Virus record (IMG/VR): IMGVR_UViG_2648501130_000005
Span: 1-17,970 of that record
DNA: 17,970 bases
Strand: one strand, 5' to 3'
Source: a virus
Taxonomy: Duplodnaviria > Heunggongvirae > Uroviricota > Caudoviricetes
Shown here: in pieces, positions 1 through 7,958 of the stretch
How positions within the stretch are numbered: the stretch's first letter is position 1
How the letters are laid out: each line of letters starts with the position of its first letter
Position numbers and translations under genes: made by a program
Notes under the pieces: generated by a model
What the model was told of the DNA's origin: nothing
Database searches by the model: none
The model's input: the letters and a program-made list of their open reading frames with translations, nothing else

Positions 1-2073
1 AGTTGCTAACAGTCTTGTATGGAGAATTCCACTAGATGTGTATGTATTGGTCGAATCACTATATCTATCAAGAAATAGACTGTTAAGTTGAGGGCTGTTG
101 TTCCTACCTAAGCCAAGATTCGTTCTGGCACCATCAACAGTTGCCGCATTAGTGCCTCCTTGTCCAATAGGTAATGGAACCCATGACGATCCGTTATGGC
201 AACCCCACAATCCAGATGTTGACACCTGAAGTCGTGGCGCTGATGGTGAGTAATTCGAATAAACGTAAGTAGTCGATTCGCCTTCTTCAATTCTTTCTGT
301 TAATACTATTTTTTTCCATACACTCCAACCTTGTGTGCTGGTATATATCCTTCTATAAAGAATTGATGAATTGTTATATACAAAATAGCTCTGGATACAA
401 CCATCACTACCATTAGCACCAGTTCTTTGCACTAACAATGCACCAGCAAGCTGTATCGGGTAATTTAGTTCTGGCTTTGCGTTGGCAGACATTGGTTGGT
501 AATAAAAACCGGCTGTAGTACCTTTTATATCGTTTAAGTTCGTATTCGCATCAAGGCCAGTTTTTGCTTCAAACATGACTTCAAGTTTAGAGCGCGCTGT
601 ACTTGCATCATTCGCCCCTGTGCCACCTTGCGCAACTGCGAGCGGTTGCCATCTACCAGCTTTAGGGTTAAATGCGCCCCACTGACCGTCAGCATCAACC
701 TGTAAGTAACAGCCGTCCGCCTGAACGTCAGTAGATAAAATGATGGTTCTTGTGTCGCTTGAACGCTGAAATCGGATAACCTCATCTTTTCTTGCGTGGC
801 GTGTCCATTGCGGGCCTATTGTCGGATTCCAGCGATAAGTATAAAGCGAGCGCGTAGCCCATCCCTGAAATACACCTGTATACGCTGGTGTTCCATCTAC
901 CTGACTAATAAACCCCGTAAGACTGCTTTCACCGGATGCAATCGATGGAAATCCTTTTGCATTACTCATAATGCGCATAAATCCGATATACCCTGATGGG
1001 TTGCCGGAAATATCAGGACAATCACGCGGGGCTGAGCCAAGACCGATATTATCGCCAACAATTAATTGCGCCTGGTTGCGATAATTAAGTGCGTCCGCCG
1101 CAGATTTCGCCGCGTTTGTTTCACTGGATTTAGCATTAGTTTCGCTGGCTTTAGCGTTTGTTTCGCTGCTCTTTGCTGCTGCCTCGCTATTTTTCGCGTT
1201 GGTTTCTGATTTTTTGGCTGCTGTCGCGGAGTTTGCCGATGCAGTTTGTGAGTCTGCTGCCGCCTGTGCGCTGTTACCCGCAATATAAAGGCGTCCGTCC
1301 TGCATCTGCTGCAGCTTCACTGCCCACATGCTGTTCAGGTTATTATTTGTATCAACCTGAACCTTCTGTATCTGCTGGATCGCTGCACTCTGGTCTTCCA
1401 GTTTCTTATTGACGGTCTGTGTTATTTCATTGCTGACATCCGTTATGGACGTCCTGATTTCAGTCAGGTCAGGCGCAAGCTGACCGTTATCAATCTGCGT
1501 CCACAGCTCCTGAGCCAGATGGGTTTTCCCTATCCGGATATTAAACGGGCGCGGCGGCAGGTTATCCACCACCACCGAGGCCAGATACTGCGAGGTGGTT
1601 TTGCCCTTAATGGTGATGTCTTTTTCCGTCACCCAGCCACCATTACGCTGTATCTGAACCAGCAGGCGAACTTCCGACGGATTCCGGTCCCCCTTTGAGG
1701 TGGTTTCCACCAGTGCCTGCACGCCGAAGGTAAAGCGCAGACGGTCGATGTTTGCAGACGTAATGGTGCGGGTGATCGGCGTGTCATATTTCACTTCCGT
1801 ACCCAGCACCGTCTCGGAGCCGGAGGATTCAAACCCCTCCGGCGGTGTCTGCTCCTGCTCACCGGCACGGAACACCACCGTGACACCGGAGATGTTGGTA
1901 TTCCCCTCAGTGTCCAGCACCGGCGTACTGTTCAGCAGCACGCTTTTTAATCCATCCACCGGACCTTCAACCGGCCCTTCGCTGATGGCATCGATCACAC
2001 TCAGCAGCTGCGTGGACTTCAGGTTGTCCTTCGCTTCGCGCGGGGTATGCCCCTTACTGCTGCCTTTACCCAT
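1..2073 (-). CDS. Tail tip / side tail fibre chimeric protein, 3'-partial (runs past window start): lambda J-like N-terminus (~186 aa) followed by fibre-type repeats
   Basis: ATG at 2073-2071, preceded by GGAG/GAGGA. I checked all 691 in-frame triplets down to position 1 and found no stop; it is missing from the ORF track only because no stop lies inside the window. N-terminus MGKGSSKGHTPREAKDNLKSTQLL... matches my recollection of lambda gpJ. Later SETNAK-type repeats and two QGGTGA/QGGTNA...AR.NLGL motifs are typical of enterobacterial side tail fibres. Confidence 0.8.
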   Translation of the reverse strand, partial: MGKGSSKGHTPREAKDNLKSTQLLSVIDAISEGPVEGPVDGLKSVLLNSTPVLDTEGNTNISGVTVVFRAGEQEQTPPEGFESSGSETVLGTEVKYDTPITRTITSANIDRLRFTFGVQALVETTSKGDRNPSEVRLLVQIQRNGGWVTEKDITIKGKTTSQYLASVVVDNLPPRPFNIRIGKTHLAQELWTQIDNGQLAPDLTEIRTSITDVSNEITQTVNKKLEDQSAAIQQIQKVQVDTNNNLNSMWAVKLQQMQDGRLYIAGNSAQAAADSQTASANSATAAKKSETNAKNSEAAAKSSETNAKASETNAKSSETNAAKSAADALNYRNQAQLIVGDNIGLGSAPRDCPDISGNPSGYIGFMRIMSNAKGFPSIASGESSLTGFISQVDGTPAYTGVFQGWATRSLYTYRWNPTIGPQWTRHARKDEVIRFQRSSDTRTIILSTDVQADGCYLQVDADGQWGAFNPKAGRWQPLAVAQGGTGANDASTARSKLEVMFEAKTGLDANTNLNDIKGTTAGFYYQPMSANAKPELNYPIQLAGALLVQRTGANGSDGCIQSYFVYNNSSILYRRIYTSTQGWSVWKKIVLTERIEEGESTTYVYSNYSPSAPRLQVSTSGLWGCHNGSSWVPLPIGQGGTNAATVDGARTNLGLGRNNSPQLNSLFLDRYSDSTNTYTSSGILHTRLLAT

Positions 2074-2095
2074 TCCTCACGCTCCATAAATGACA

Positions 2096-2115
2096 AAACC
2101 GCCCGCAGGCGGTTT
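2096..2115 (-). terminator. Hairpin between the I-like stop and J-like start (perfect 8-bp stem, 4-nt loop, T-rich tail on minus strand)
   Basis: AAACCGCC cgca GGCGGTTT; on the minus strand the stem is followed by TTTTGTCATTT. Same intergenic arrangement as I recall for lambda I-J; may be an attenuator or stability element rather than a full terminator. Confidence 0.4.
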
Positions 2116-2133
2116 CACATAAAACATTTTGCA

Positions 2134-3060
2134 TCAGCGACCAATCACCACAACCTGACCACCGTCCCCTTCGTCTGCCGTGCTGATCTCCTGAGAAACC
2201 ACGCGAGACCCCACGCGCATTTCCCCGTACAGAACAGGCAGAACATTGCCCTGGGCAACCATGTTATCCAGTGAGGAGAAATAGGTGTTCTGCTTACCGT
2301 TATCCGTTGTCTGTGTACGGGGAGTTCTGGCTTTCGGTGCCAGCATCTGCGCCACACCACCGAGCACCATACTGGCACCGAGAGAAAACAGGATGCCGGT
2401 CATACCACCGGTCCCAATGGCTGCCCCCCATGCTGCAAGGGTGGCTCCGGCGGTAAAGAATGATCCGGCAATGGCGGCAGCCCCCAGGACAATCTGGAAT
2501 ACGCCACCTGACTTGGCCCCGGCGACTCTGGGAACAATATGAATCACAGCGCCATCAGGCAGAGTCTCATGTAACTGCGCCGTTAATATGTGCTGTTTGA
2601 GTTGACTTTCTTTTGCCGCATAGCCGTCACTTTTGCCGCGATATGGCCCCTGGTAATGTTCAGCAAACAGAACGCGTTCTGTTGCGGGAAAATATGCGCG
2701 CAGACTTTCTTTATTACACCCGTTCCATCGTCCGGACGGCTTCGCCCAGATAATATGGTTAAGAACGTTGAAACGTTCACGCATCATGATCTCGATATCA
2801 GATGCGAGGCGATGTCCACAGAACAGGTAAAGGCTTCCGGCAGGTTTCAGCACCCGCCAGAACTGAGCCAGACAGTGGTCCAGCCACTTCAGGTAATCTT
2901 CGTCCCCTTTCCACTGATTGTCCCAGCCGTTGGGTTTCACCTTGAAGTACGGCGGATCGGTAACAATCAGGTCAATGGAATCATCAGGCAGGGACTGAAT
3001 AAAATGCAGGCAATCAGCGTTGATTAAATCAACACTGTTTATTTTTACAGTATTTTTCAT
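2134..3060 (-). CDS. Chimeric ORF: N-terminal ~165 aa of a beta-class DNA methyltransferase (DPPY motif, no AdoMet-binding motif) fused in frame to the C-terminal ~140 aa of tail assembly protein I
   Basis: N-terminus has DLIVTDPPYF (motif IV) but no FxGxG motif follows. From about residue 166 the sequence (TAQLHETLPDGAVIHIVPRVAGAKSGG ... GGQVVVIGR) matches my recollection of the lambda gpI C-terminus. Junction at about nt 2582/2583. Probably a non-functional fusion. Confidence 0.65.
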   Translation of the reverse strand: MKNTVKINSVDLINADCLHFIQSLPDDSIDLIVTDPPYFKVKPNGWDNQWKGDEDYLKWLDHCLAQFWRVLKPAGSLYLFCGHRLASDIEIMMRERFNVLNHIIWAKPSGRWNGCNKESLRAYFPATERVLFAEHYQGPYRGKSDGYAAKESQLKQHILTAQLHETLPDGAVIHIVPRVAGAKSGGVFQIVLGAAAIAGSFFTAGATLAAWGAAIGTGGMTGILFSLGASMVLGGVAQMLAPKARTPRTQTTDNGKQNTYFSSLDNMVAQGNVLPVLYGEMRVGSRVVSQEISTADEGDGGQVVVIGR

Positions 3061-3209
3061 GGATCAGTAAGCGTAACTCTGGTAGGCTCACTCTGCTTTT
3101 GCGCTAAAGCAGTGGGCCGTGGTTCGCTTGTGACCAGTAAGCATGAGCGAATGGCTGGCAGGTGCTACCAACACCCACCAGCCGCCCATTTTCACAAATT
3201 AAAAGCCCT

Positions 3210-3404
3210 TCATTGCTGAAGGCGTCTGTAACAGCCGAACTGGTAATCTGCCAGCCCCGCCATAACCAACTGGGTCAGTATTAACTGACAGCGTTCGCGT
3301 GAAAGGTATGTGTTTTGTGCAATCTCCCCGACTGTTGCCGGTTCGATGCTTAATTCATTAAAAACAACTTTCGCCGTTTCTGTCATATCTTGCTGTTTTA
3401 GCAT
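3210..3404 (-). CDS. Small putative winged-helix DNA-binding protein (64 aa), function unknown
   Basis: 64-codon ORF with AAGGT 11 nt upstream of the ATG; the central segment ATVGEIAQNTYLSRERCQLILTQLVMAGL looks like a helix-turn-helix. Divergent from the KAP NTPase gene. Start could instead be the internal Met at 3386. Confidence 0.45.
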   Translation of the reverse strand: MLKQQDMTETAKVVFNELSIEPATVGEIAQNTYLSRERCQLILTQLVMAGLADYQFGCYRRLQQ

Positions 3405-3527
3405 GTCTTTTTACCTTCATGGTTAACATGACATACCAATAACTCTTGTCTAAAAAGCCAGCAAGATAAAAAATCAGTATTCACTACCACCAGCGTGTTT
3501 ACCGTACTGCACCAGGTTTACAGGTAC

Positions 3528-3553
3528 AAAAAAACCCGCTCGACAGCGGGTTT
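3528..3553 (-). terminator. Intrinsic terminator on minus strand (8-bp perfect stem, 5-nt loop, U-run)
   Basis: Plus strand reads AAAAAAA-CCCGCT-cgaca-GCGGGTTT, so the minus-strand RNA has the stem followed by a run of U. No annotated minus-strand gene lies immediately upstream. Confidence 0.5.
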
Positions 3554-3676
3554 AAGCTGTGTGGCGAAGTAACCACTCTTAACAGATTACAAGAATTTTT
3601 GCGGACCGCGTTAATGATTTTTAATCCCAAAGTCGTATTATTCGTTTTTTACTGTAGGAGTTAATAGGTTTATATT

Positions 3677-5008
3677 ATGTTAGATACACTATCTTTCACT
3701 GAACGTGACGAGTTCCAACGAAGAAACATCGCTGAAAATATCATCAAGTTGCTAAAACCAGAGGCAGACATTTCACCACTGGTAATAGACGGCGCATGGG
3801 GAACAGGGAAAACAGAATTTAGTATCAAACTGAAAAATCTCATTATTGAGCAAGAAACTGAATCTAAAGTTGTTTATATTGATGCCTTTAAAGGGGATCA
3901 TGCAGAATCTCCATTACTTCTCATAACCTCTGCAATTGCCAGCATTTTGCCTGAGGAAGAAAAACAACACTTCATTAAGAGATCTCTTCCTGCAATTCGC
4001 TTTGGTTTAAAAACGGTACTAAAAGCTGGTGCAGGTTGGTTTTTACGACAGGAGGCTAGTGAAGTTGCCGAAGAATTCCAAGATGCGATGAAGAAAGCAA
4101 GCAATGCAGCAATAGATGGGACTATTGAAAATTTGCTTGAAGACCATATGGACTCAGAGAAAAACATAAATTCACTTAAATCCTGCATCGAAAGCATATC
4201 AAAAAATCAAAAAATCGTAATTATAATTGATGAATTAGACCGATGTAAGCCGAGTTTTTCAACAAATGTCATTGAAACAATAAAACACATTTTTGACATC
4301 AATAATGTCTTTTTTATTTTAGTTACAAACACAGAACAATTAAAAGCATCTATAAATCATATTTATGGTTATAGCATTAACTCACAAAAGTATCTTGACA
4401 AGTTTATAAAATATACCATCACGCTTCCAGATACATGTTTGATAAATGGTCACAACGTATGTAAAGCCTCTGTTATATATTGGGATTACCTTGTAGAAAA
4501 AACAAGGTTATTGAATAAAATCAATAGATTATCAGGTTACTTTATCCGTGATTTAATTCAACGAACCAACTTATCATTACGTGAAACACAAACATTTTCA
4601 CGCAATCTTAACATTTTCCAACTGTTAAACGACGATGAGAACAAAAGCAGTGATCCTTTAATAAATATGATCTTTGTCGTAGCTGCCTTCATACATTGCT
4701 TTGGTAACAAGGAAAAACTAAAACAAGAAATTACCGCTGAATCTATATCTTATTTAGCAGACCTGCTTAACATAAAAGAAATACCTTATTCTTATGAGAG
4801 AAGATCGCAAATCCCTGAAATATCGATTGTATTCTTCGGAATAATTAAAGACAGTATTACTCTTAATGAGCGATTTGCCCCTAAAAGTGATGAAGAACTT
4901 AAAAAATTCACAAATGTTTATACTGATTATGAACACATAAATTTTTGGAGTACTACACCCAGAGAGTTATTGATAAAATATATTAATCAAATGTCATTCA
5001 TCCAGTAA
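3677..5008 (+). CDS. KAP-family P-loop NTPase (443 aa)
   Basis: Walker A DGAWGTGKT and the KAP-typical Walker B region IVIIIDELDRCKP. Visibly AT-rich with long A/T runs compared with flanking genes. Ends at the hairpin at 5011-5035. Confidence 0.85.
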   Translation: MLDTLSFTERDEFQRRNIAENIIKLLKPEADISPLVIDGAWGTGKTEFSIKLKNLIIEQETESKVVYIDAFKGDHAESPLLLITSAIASILPEEEKQHFIKRSLPAIRFGLKTVLKAGAGWFLRQEASEVAEEFQDAMKKASNAAIDGTIENLLEDHMDSEKNINSLKSCIESISKNQKIVIIIDELDRCKPSFSTNVIETIKHIFDINNVFFILVTNTEQLKASINHIYGYSINSQKYLDKFIKYTITLPDTCLINGHNVCKASVIYWDYLVEKTRLLNKINRLSGYFIRDLIQRTNLSLRETQTFSRNLNIFQLLNDDENKSSDPLINMIFVVAAFIHCFGNKEKLKQEITAESISYLADLLNIKEIPYSYERRSQIPEISIVFFGIIKDSITLNERFAPKSDEELKKFTNVYTDYEHINFWSTTPRELLIKYINQMSFIQ

Positions 5009-5010
5009 AT

Positions 5011-5035
5011 AATACGCCCCATGCAGGGGCGTATT
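5011..5035. terminator. Bidirectional intrinsic terminator between convergent KAP NTPase and Q genes
   Basis: Perfect 10-bp inverted repeat AATACGCCCC / GGGGCGTATT with loop ATGCA, sitting exactly between the KAP stop (5008) and the Q stop (5037), with A/T-rich flanks on both sides. Confidence 0.6.
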
Positions 5036-5036
5036 A

Positions 5037-5402
5037 TTAAACGTCCAAATCTAATGTTAGATCTAGCATGGAAAGGCAGCCATCAATAAATCCTTCGGCT
5101 AGCTGTATTTCTATACGTATCAATTTCTCATCTTTTTTACGAGCCTTGGCGAGCTTTCTTTTAGAGATACCGTATAGGTAATGGGCAACAAGAAGCGAAT
5201 GTTCGTCCGGCCTTTTTTGCTTTAGATGAGCAAGACAACCTTCAATAATTAAGGCATCACTATCCGAACAAGCCAAGCGTTTCTTGCTTGTATAGGGAAG
5301 AAGTCCCTTAAACCCAGCGGCTATAGGTGAATAATCAACGCCTGAACTATCACTCGCCGCCCATGCCCCCCAACGCTCCAGAACCATCTGAATATCACGC
5401 AT
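5037..5402 (-). CDS. Antitermination protein Q (QuuD-like lambdoid late-gene antiterminator)
   Basis: N-terminus MRDIQMVLERWGAWAA... is the signature I recall for E. coli prophage Q/QuuD proteins. ATG at 5402 with GGTGGAGA upstream; the track's first residue is a TTG one codon earlier. Confidence 0.8.
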   Translation of the reverse strand: MRDIQMVLERWGAWAASDSSGVDYSPIAAGFKGLLPYTSKKRLACSDSDALIIEGCLAHLKQKRPDEHSLLVAHYLYGISKRKLAKARKKDEKLIRIEIQLAEGFIDGCLSMLDLTLDLDV

Positions 5403-5419
5403 CAACTTTCTCCACCAAA

Positions 5420-6415
5420 TCAGGCTAGCACACCAATTGCCAACACACGGTCGATAAAACGAAATATCAGCTCCAGCTGGGAGCCATACTTCTCTTCAAA
5501 TGCCACGGTATCCGCATGCAGCTCGTCGTGATGCTTTCTGCACAAAGGCAACACAAAGAGGTCATGCGCTTTTGTACTCATTCCCCCCTGACCGTGGCCT
5601 ATCAGGTGGTGGGGATCATCAGCAGGCTTTCCACAACATGCACACGGCTGTGTCTTAACCCAGCGCGTGTACTTTTCATTAACCCAGCGGCGACGTTTGG
5701 GGCGTAACATAAAAGACTCCGGCGACTCCGGTTCCACTTTCAGCGCCAGCACCTTTTTCGCTTTATCCTGCATGATGCTGGTGGCTGGAACCGAAGGCAC
5801 AAGGTCACTTTCCCGGGTGACAGACGGCACAACAGGCTTCGGTAATCTCAGTGCCTTACGGGCTGCGCTTTCCGGTAAGGCATCCGCCAGATCATTACGA
5901 ACCAGCCACCAGCACAGTTCCGGCATTGTCACAACGTGACTATCATCAAAACCGAGATCCCGACGCACAACAGACAACACCCAGCGGGCACAGTTATCCG
6001 TTGCCATTGATTCCAGCCGTTCCGTGAACTGATCGCGCAGTTGGTTATCGCAGTGCCAGCACAGACGGATTGCGCCAGGCGCGTGTCGCATTGTGGTCAT
6101 GTTCTCGCTGTGCCAGTTGGAATGAGGCCACTGGCAGCCTTTTTCACGAAGTAACCAGCTTTCAAGACATTCCACGCCACCAGCACGACGGATCACTGCC
6201 TCATTGCGGAACACGGCCCGAACGGCAGGATCATCCGCCAGCGGTTGTGATGCCGCCGGAACGGCACCACTGGCGAAAGATGAATAACGTTCCGGCTCAG
6301 GCTCCAGCAGTACACGCCCCTGCATAAACAGGGGCATCAACTCTGAACCTGGCCTGAACAATACGATCCCCATACGCGGGGCAATTTCAGGGGTCAGTAG
6401 TGCTCTCACGGTCAC
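5420..6415 (-). CDS. DUF968-like nin-region protein with C-terminal HNH-like Cys/His motif
   Basis: C-terminal CACCGKPADDPHHLIGHGQGG...LCRKHHDELH; placed between KilA-N and Q as in lambdoid nin regions. Start uncertain: GTG at 6415 or 6409, or ATG at 6373; none has a clean SD. Confidence 0.6.
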   Translation of the reverse strand: MTVRALLTPEIAPRMGIVLFRPGSELMPLFMQGRVLLEPEPERYSSFASGAVPAASQPLADDPAVRAVFRNEAVIRRAGGVECLESWLLREKGCQWPHSNWHSENMTTMRHAPGAIRLCWHCDNQLRDQFTERLESMATDNCARWVLSVVRRDLGFDDSHVVTMPELCWWLVRNDLADALPESAARKALRLPKPVVPSVTRESDLVPSVPATSIMQDKAKKVLALKVEPESPESFMLRPKRRRWVNEKYTRWVKTQPCACCGKPADDPHHLIGHGQGGMSTKAHDLFVLPLCRKHHDELHADTVAFEEKYGSQLELIFRFIDRVLAIGVLA

Positions 6416-6416
6416 C

Positions 6417-7226
6417 TCAATGAACGGTATCGAGCAGCTTTAACAGCTCAGGGAATCGGGATTCGAAGAAATGCGGCTGCGTCTCGCGCGGATTTGCAGG
6501 ACTGGTGATGTTCTTGCCGAACATGCAGCCTTTCGCCGTCAGCGACCAGAATTTTTTGATGTTGTTAATCGCTGTACGGCTGTATCGTTCGCGCTGTTCG
6601 ACGATCCCCAGCTTCGCCATCTGGTGATATGCCTGATTAGCCGTAAGGCGGATACCATACTGTTTCAGCAGTGCACTCAGCGACAGTGTCGGGCGACTTG
6701 AGCCATCAGGCGCGTCAGCAGGAGCATCAATGGCATAGCGCGGTGCCAGATTCGGTAAGCCAACAGCCTCCTGGAGTTTCTGACAGGCCCCAAGCACTGA
6801 AGAGTTAGACAGGTTTAACTCCCTGCGCATAAAGTCCAGCAGAATCACGCCAGCCTGCATCTTGTCAGCAGCCTGCCCGGATAATTTTTCCGGTGCGCTG
6901 GTTACCATATCGAAAGTACGGATCACCTTCAGATGGAATGACGGGCTGATCCACATTGCATAGGCATACACCAGTTCTTTGCAGACATACGTCCCCTGGT
7001 TATTTCCGCCATTAATGACGCTAACTGGTTGATTTTGTTCCAGAGGCGGAATTCCACCCTCGGTGAAAAGTTGTTCAATCAATTCACAGGTTTGCTTATT
7101 GGAGAGCCAGTATTTCGGGCGGTTTTTTTGTTCTCCCCCGGCTGCCCTGTGCAGATCGTTCAGGCTGTAACGCCCATAAGCATCACGACGAACTTCAATA
7201 CCATCAATGACCATCAGATTATTCAT
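6417..7226 (-). CDS. KilA-N domain protein
   Basis: N-terminal MVIDGIEVRRDAYGRYSLNDLHRAAGG...YVCKELVYAYAMWISPSFHLKVIR is KilA-N-like. ATG at 7226 with AGGAGA 9 nt upstream; the track's GTG at 7259 was rejected. Confidence 0.7.
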   Translation of the reverse strand: MNNLMVIDGIEVRRDAYGRYSLNDLHRAAGGEQKNRPKYWLSNKQTCELIEQLFTEGGIPPLEQNQPVSVINGGNNQGTYVCKELVYAYAMWISPSFHLKVIRTFDMVTSAPEKLSGQAADKMQAGVILLDFMRRELNLSNSSVLGACQKLQEAVGLPNLAPRYAIDAPADAPDGSSRPTLSLSALLKQYGIRLTANQAYHQMAKLGIVEQRERYSRTAINNIKKFWSLTAKGCMFGKNITSPANPRETQPHFFESRFPELLKLLDTVH

Positions 7227-7245
7227 ACTTCGTTTCTCCTCTTGA

Positions 7246-7635
7246 TCAGGCGGCTGCACCCGCCGTTTTCTCGTACTTACTGATAGTGATCTCGACCTTC
7301 CCTTCCGGGATAACCGGTCCCCACTCCACCAGCATTCTTTTCACCTGGCTGTCGTCTTCCCACACACCCGCGTGGGTCAGGGCGTCAAACAGCGCCTTGT
7401 TATAGTTGTCCAGATCGCGGATCCGGTTATCCGGAGGAAACAACACGATCTCCACTGAAGCAGGTGCCGACGTTGGTTTCGGCAGACGACGTAACTGCTC
7501 AACTATTGCTGTGCACGCCGCACTTTGGAATTTTCGCCCCGCCGCGCTTATCAGGCTCTTACCAGCAAATGCCCCTTTGTTGGGGTGTCGCCAGTAGGTG
7601 TTCACGCTGGGTGGAAAAGGCAGAATCAGCTTCAT
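7246..7635 (-). CDS. rusA: Holliday junction resolvase RusA
   Basis: LPFPPSVNTYWRH ... RDLDNYNKALFDALTHAGVWEDDSQV matches the RusA family signature. Start ATG overlaps the upstream stop (ATGA). Confidence 0.85.
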   Translation of the reverse strand: MKLILPFPPSVNTYWRHPNKGAFAGKSLISAAGRKFQSAACTAIVEQLRRLPKPTSAPASVEIVLFPPDNRIRDLDNYNKALFDALTHAGVWEDDSQVKRMLVEWGPVIPEGKVEITISKYEKTAGAAA

Positions 7636-7958
7636 ACTTTCAGCCCCCTCTCATGTAACCAGTGGGCTGCACGCAGCCTTGCGTTTTCCTCACCGGCAAG
7701 CAGTGAGCGGATAATCCCGACCGCCTCGCTGTCGTCGTCCTTCACCGCGGTATGAAGCGTGATCCCCCGGGCCACACCACGCTTTATCGTGATGACGCCT
7801 TTTTTCTCCAGTGCGCGAAGATGCTCCACCGCTGCATTCACCGAACGGTATCCCAGCATGGTTGCCACCTCCTGATTGGTTGGCGGGAAGCCGCGTTCTT
7901 TCTGATAAGAAATCAGCATATCCAGCACCTGCTGCTGGCATTGAGTTAACGTCGTCAT
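7632..7958 (-). CDS. LexA N-terminal DNA-binding-domain-like protein (no peptidase domain)
   Basis: LTQCQQQVLDMLISYQKERGFPPTNQEVATMLGYRSVNAAVEHLRALEKKGVITIKRGVARGITL aligns closely with the LexA N-terminal winged helix as I recall it (…RSPNAAEEHLKALARKGVIEI…). Only 108 aa, so no S24 cleavage domain. ATGA overlaps at both ends. Confidence 0.75.
   Translation of the reverse strand: MTTLTQCQQQVLDMLISYQKERGFPPTNQEVATMLGYRSVNAAVEHLRALEKKGVITIKRGVARGITLHTAVKDDDSEAVGIIRSLLAGEENARLRAAHWLHERGLKV

Noticed and set aside
1080-1260. Tandem DNA repeats in the fibre gene as a mobile or VNTR element
   Set aside because: They encode the SETNAK-type peptide repeats of the fibre shaft and are a coding feature.
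796-2089. Plus-strand track ORFs 796..996, 1158..1412 and 1700..2089, and minus-strand ORFs 108..290, 534..785 and 1062..1283
   Set aside because: All lie inside or out of frame with the long stop-free minus-strand J/fibre ORF (1..2073). They are compositional or antisense artefacts with no SD and low-complexity translations.
2145-3027. Overlapping track ORFs 2047..2274, 2145..2378, 2271..2456, 2285..2542, 2583..2780 and 2590..3027
   Set aside because: Alternative frames of the chimeric methyltransferase/I ORF region; none has a recognisable motif or a ribosome-binding site.
3898-4936. Minus-strand ORFs 3898..4197 and 4754..4936 inside the KAP NTPase gene
   Set aside because: Antisense to a gene with clear Walker motifs; AT-rich sequence readily yields short spurious ORFs.
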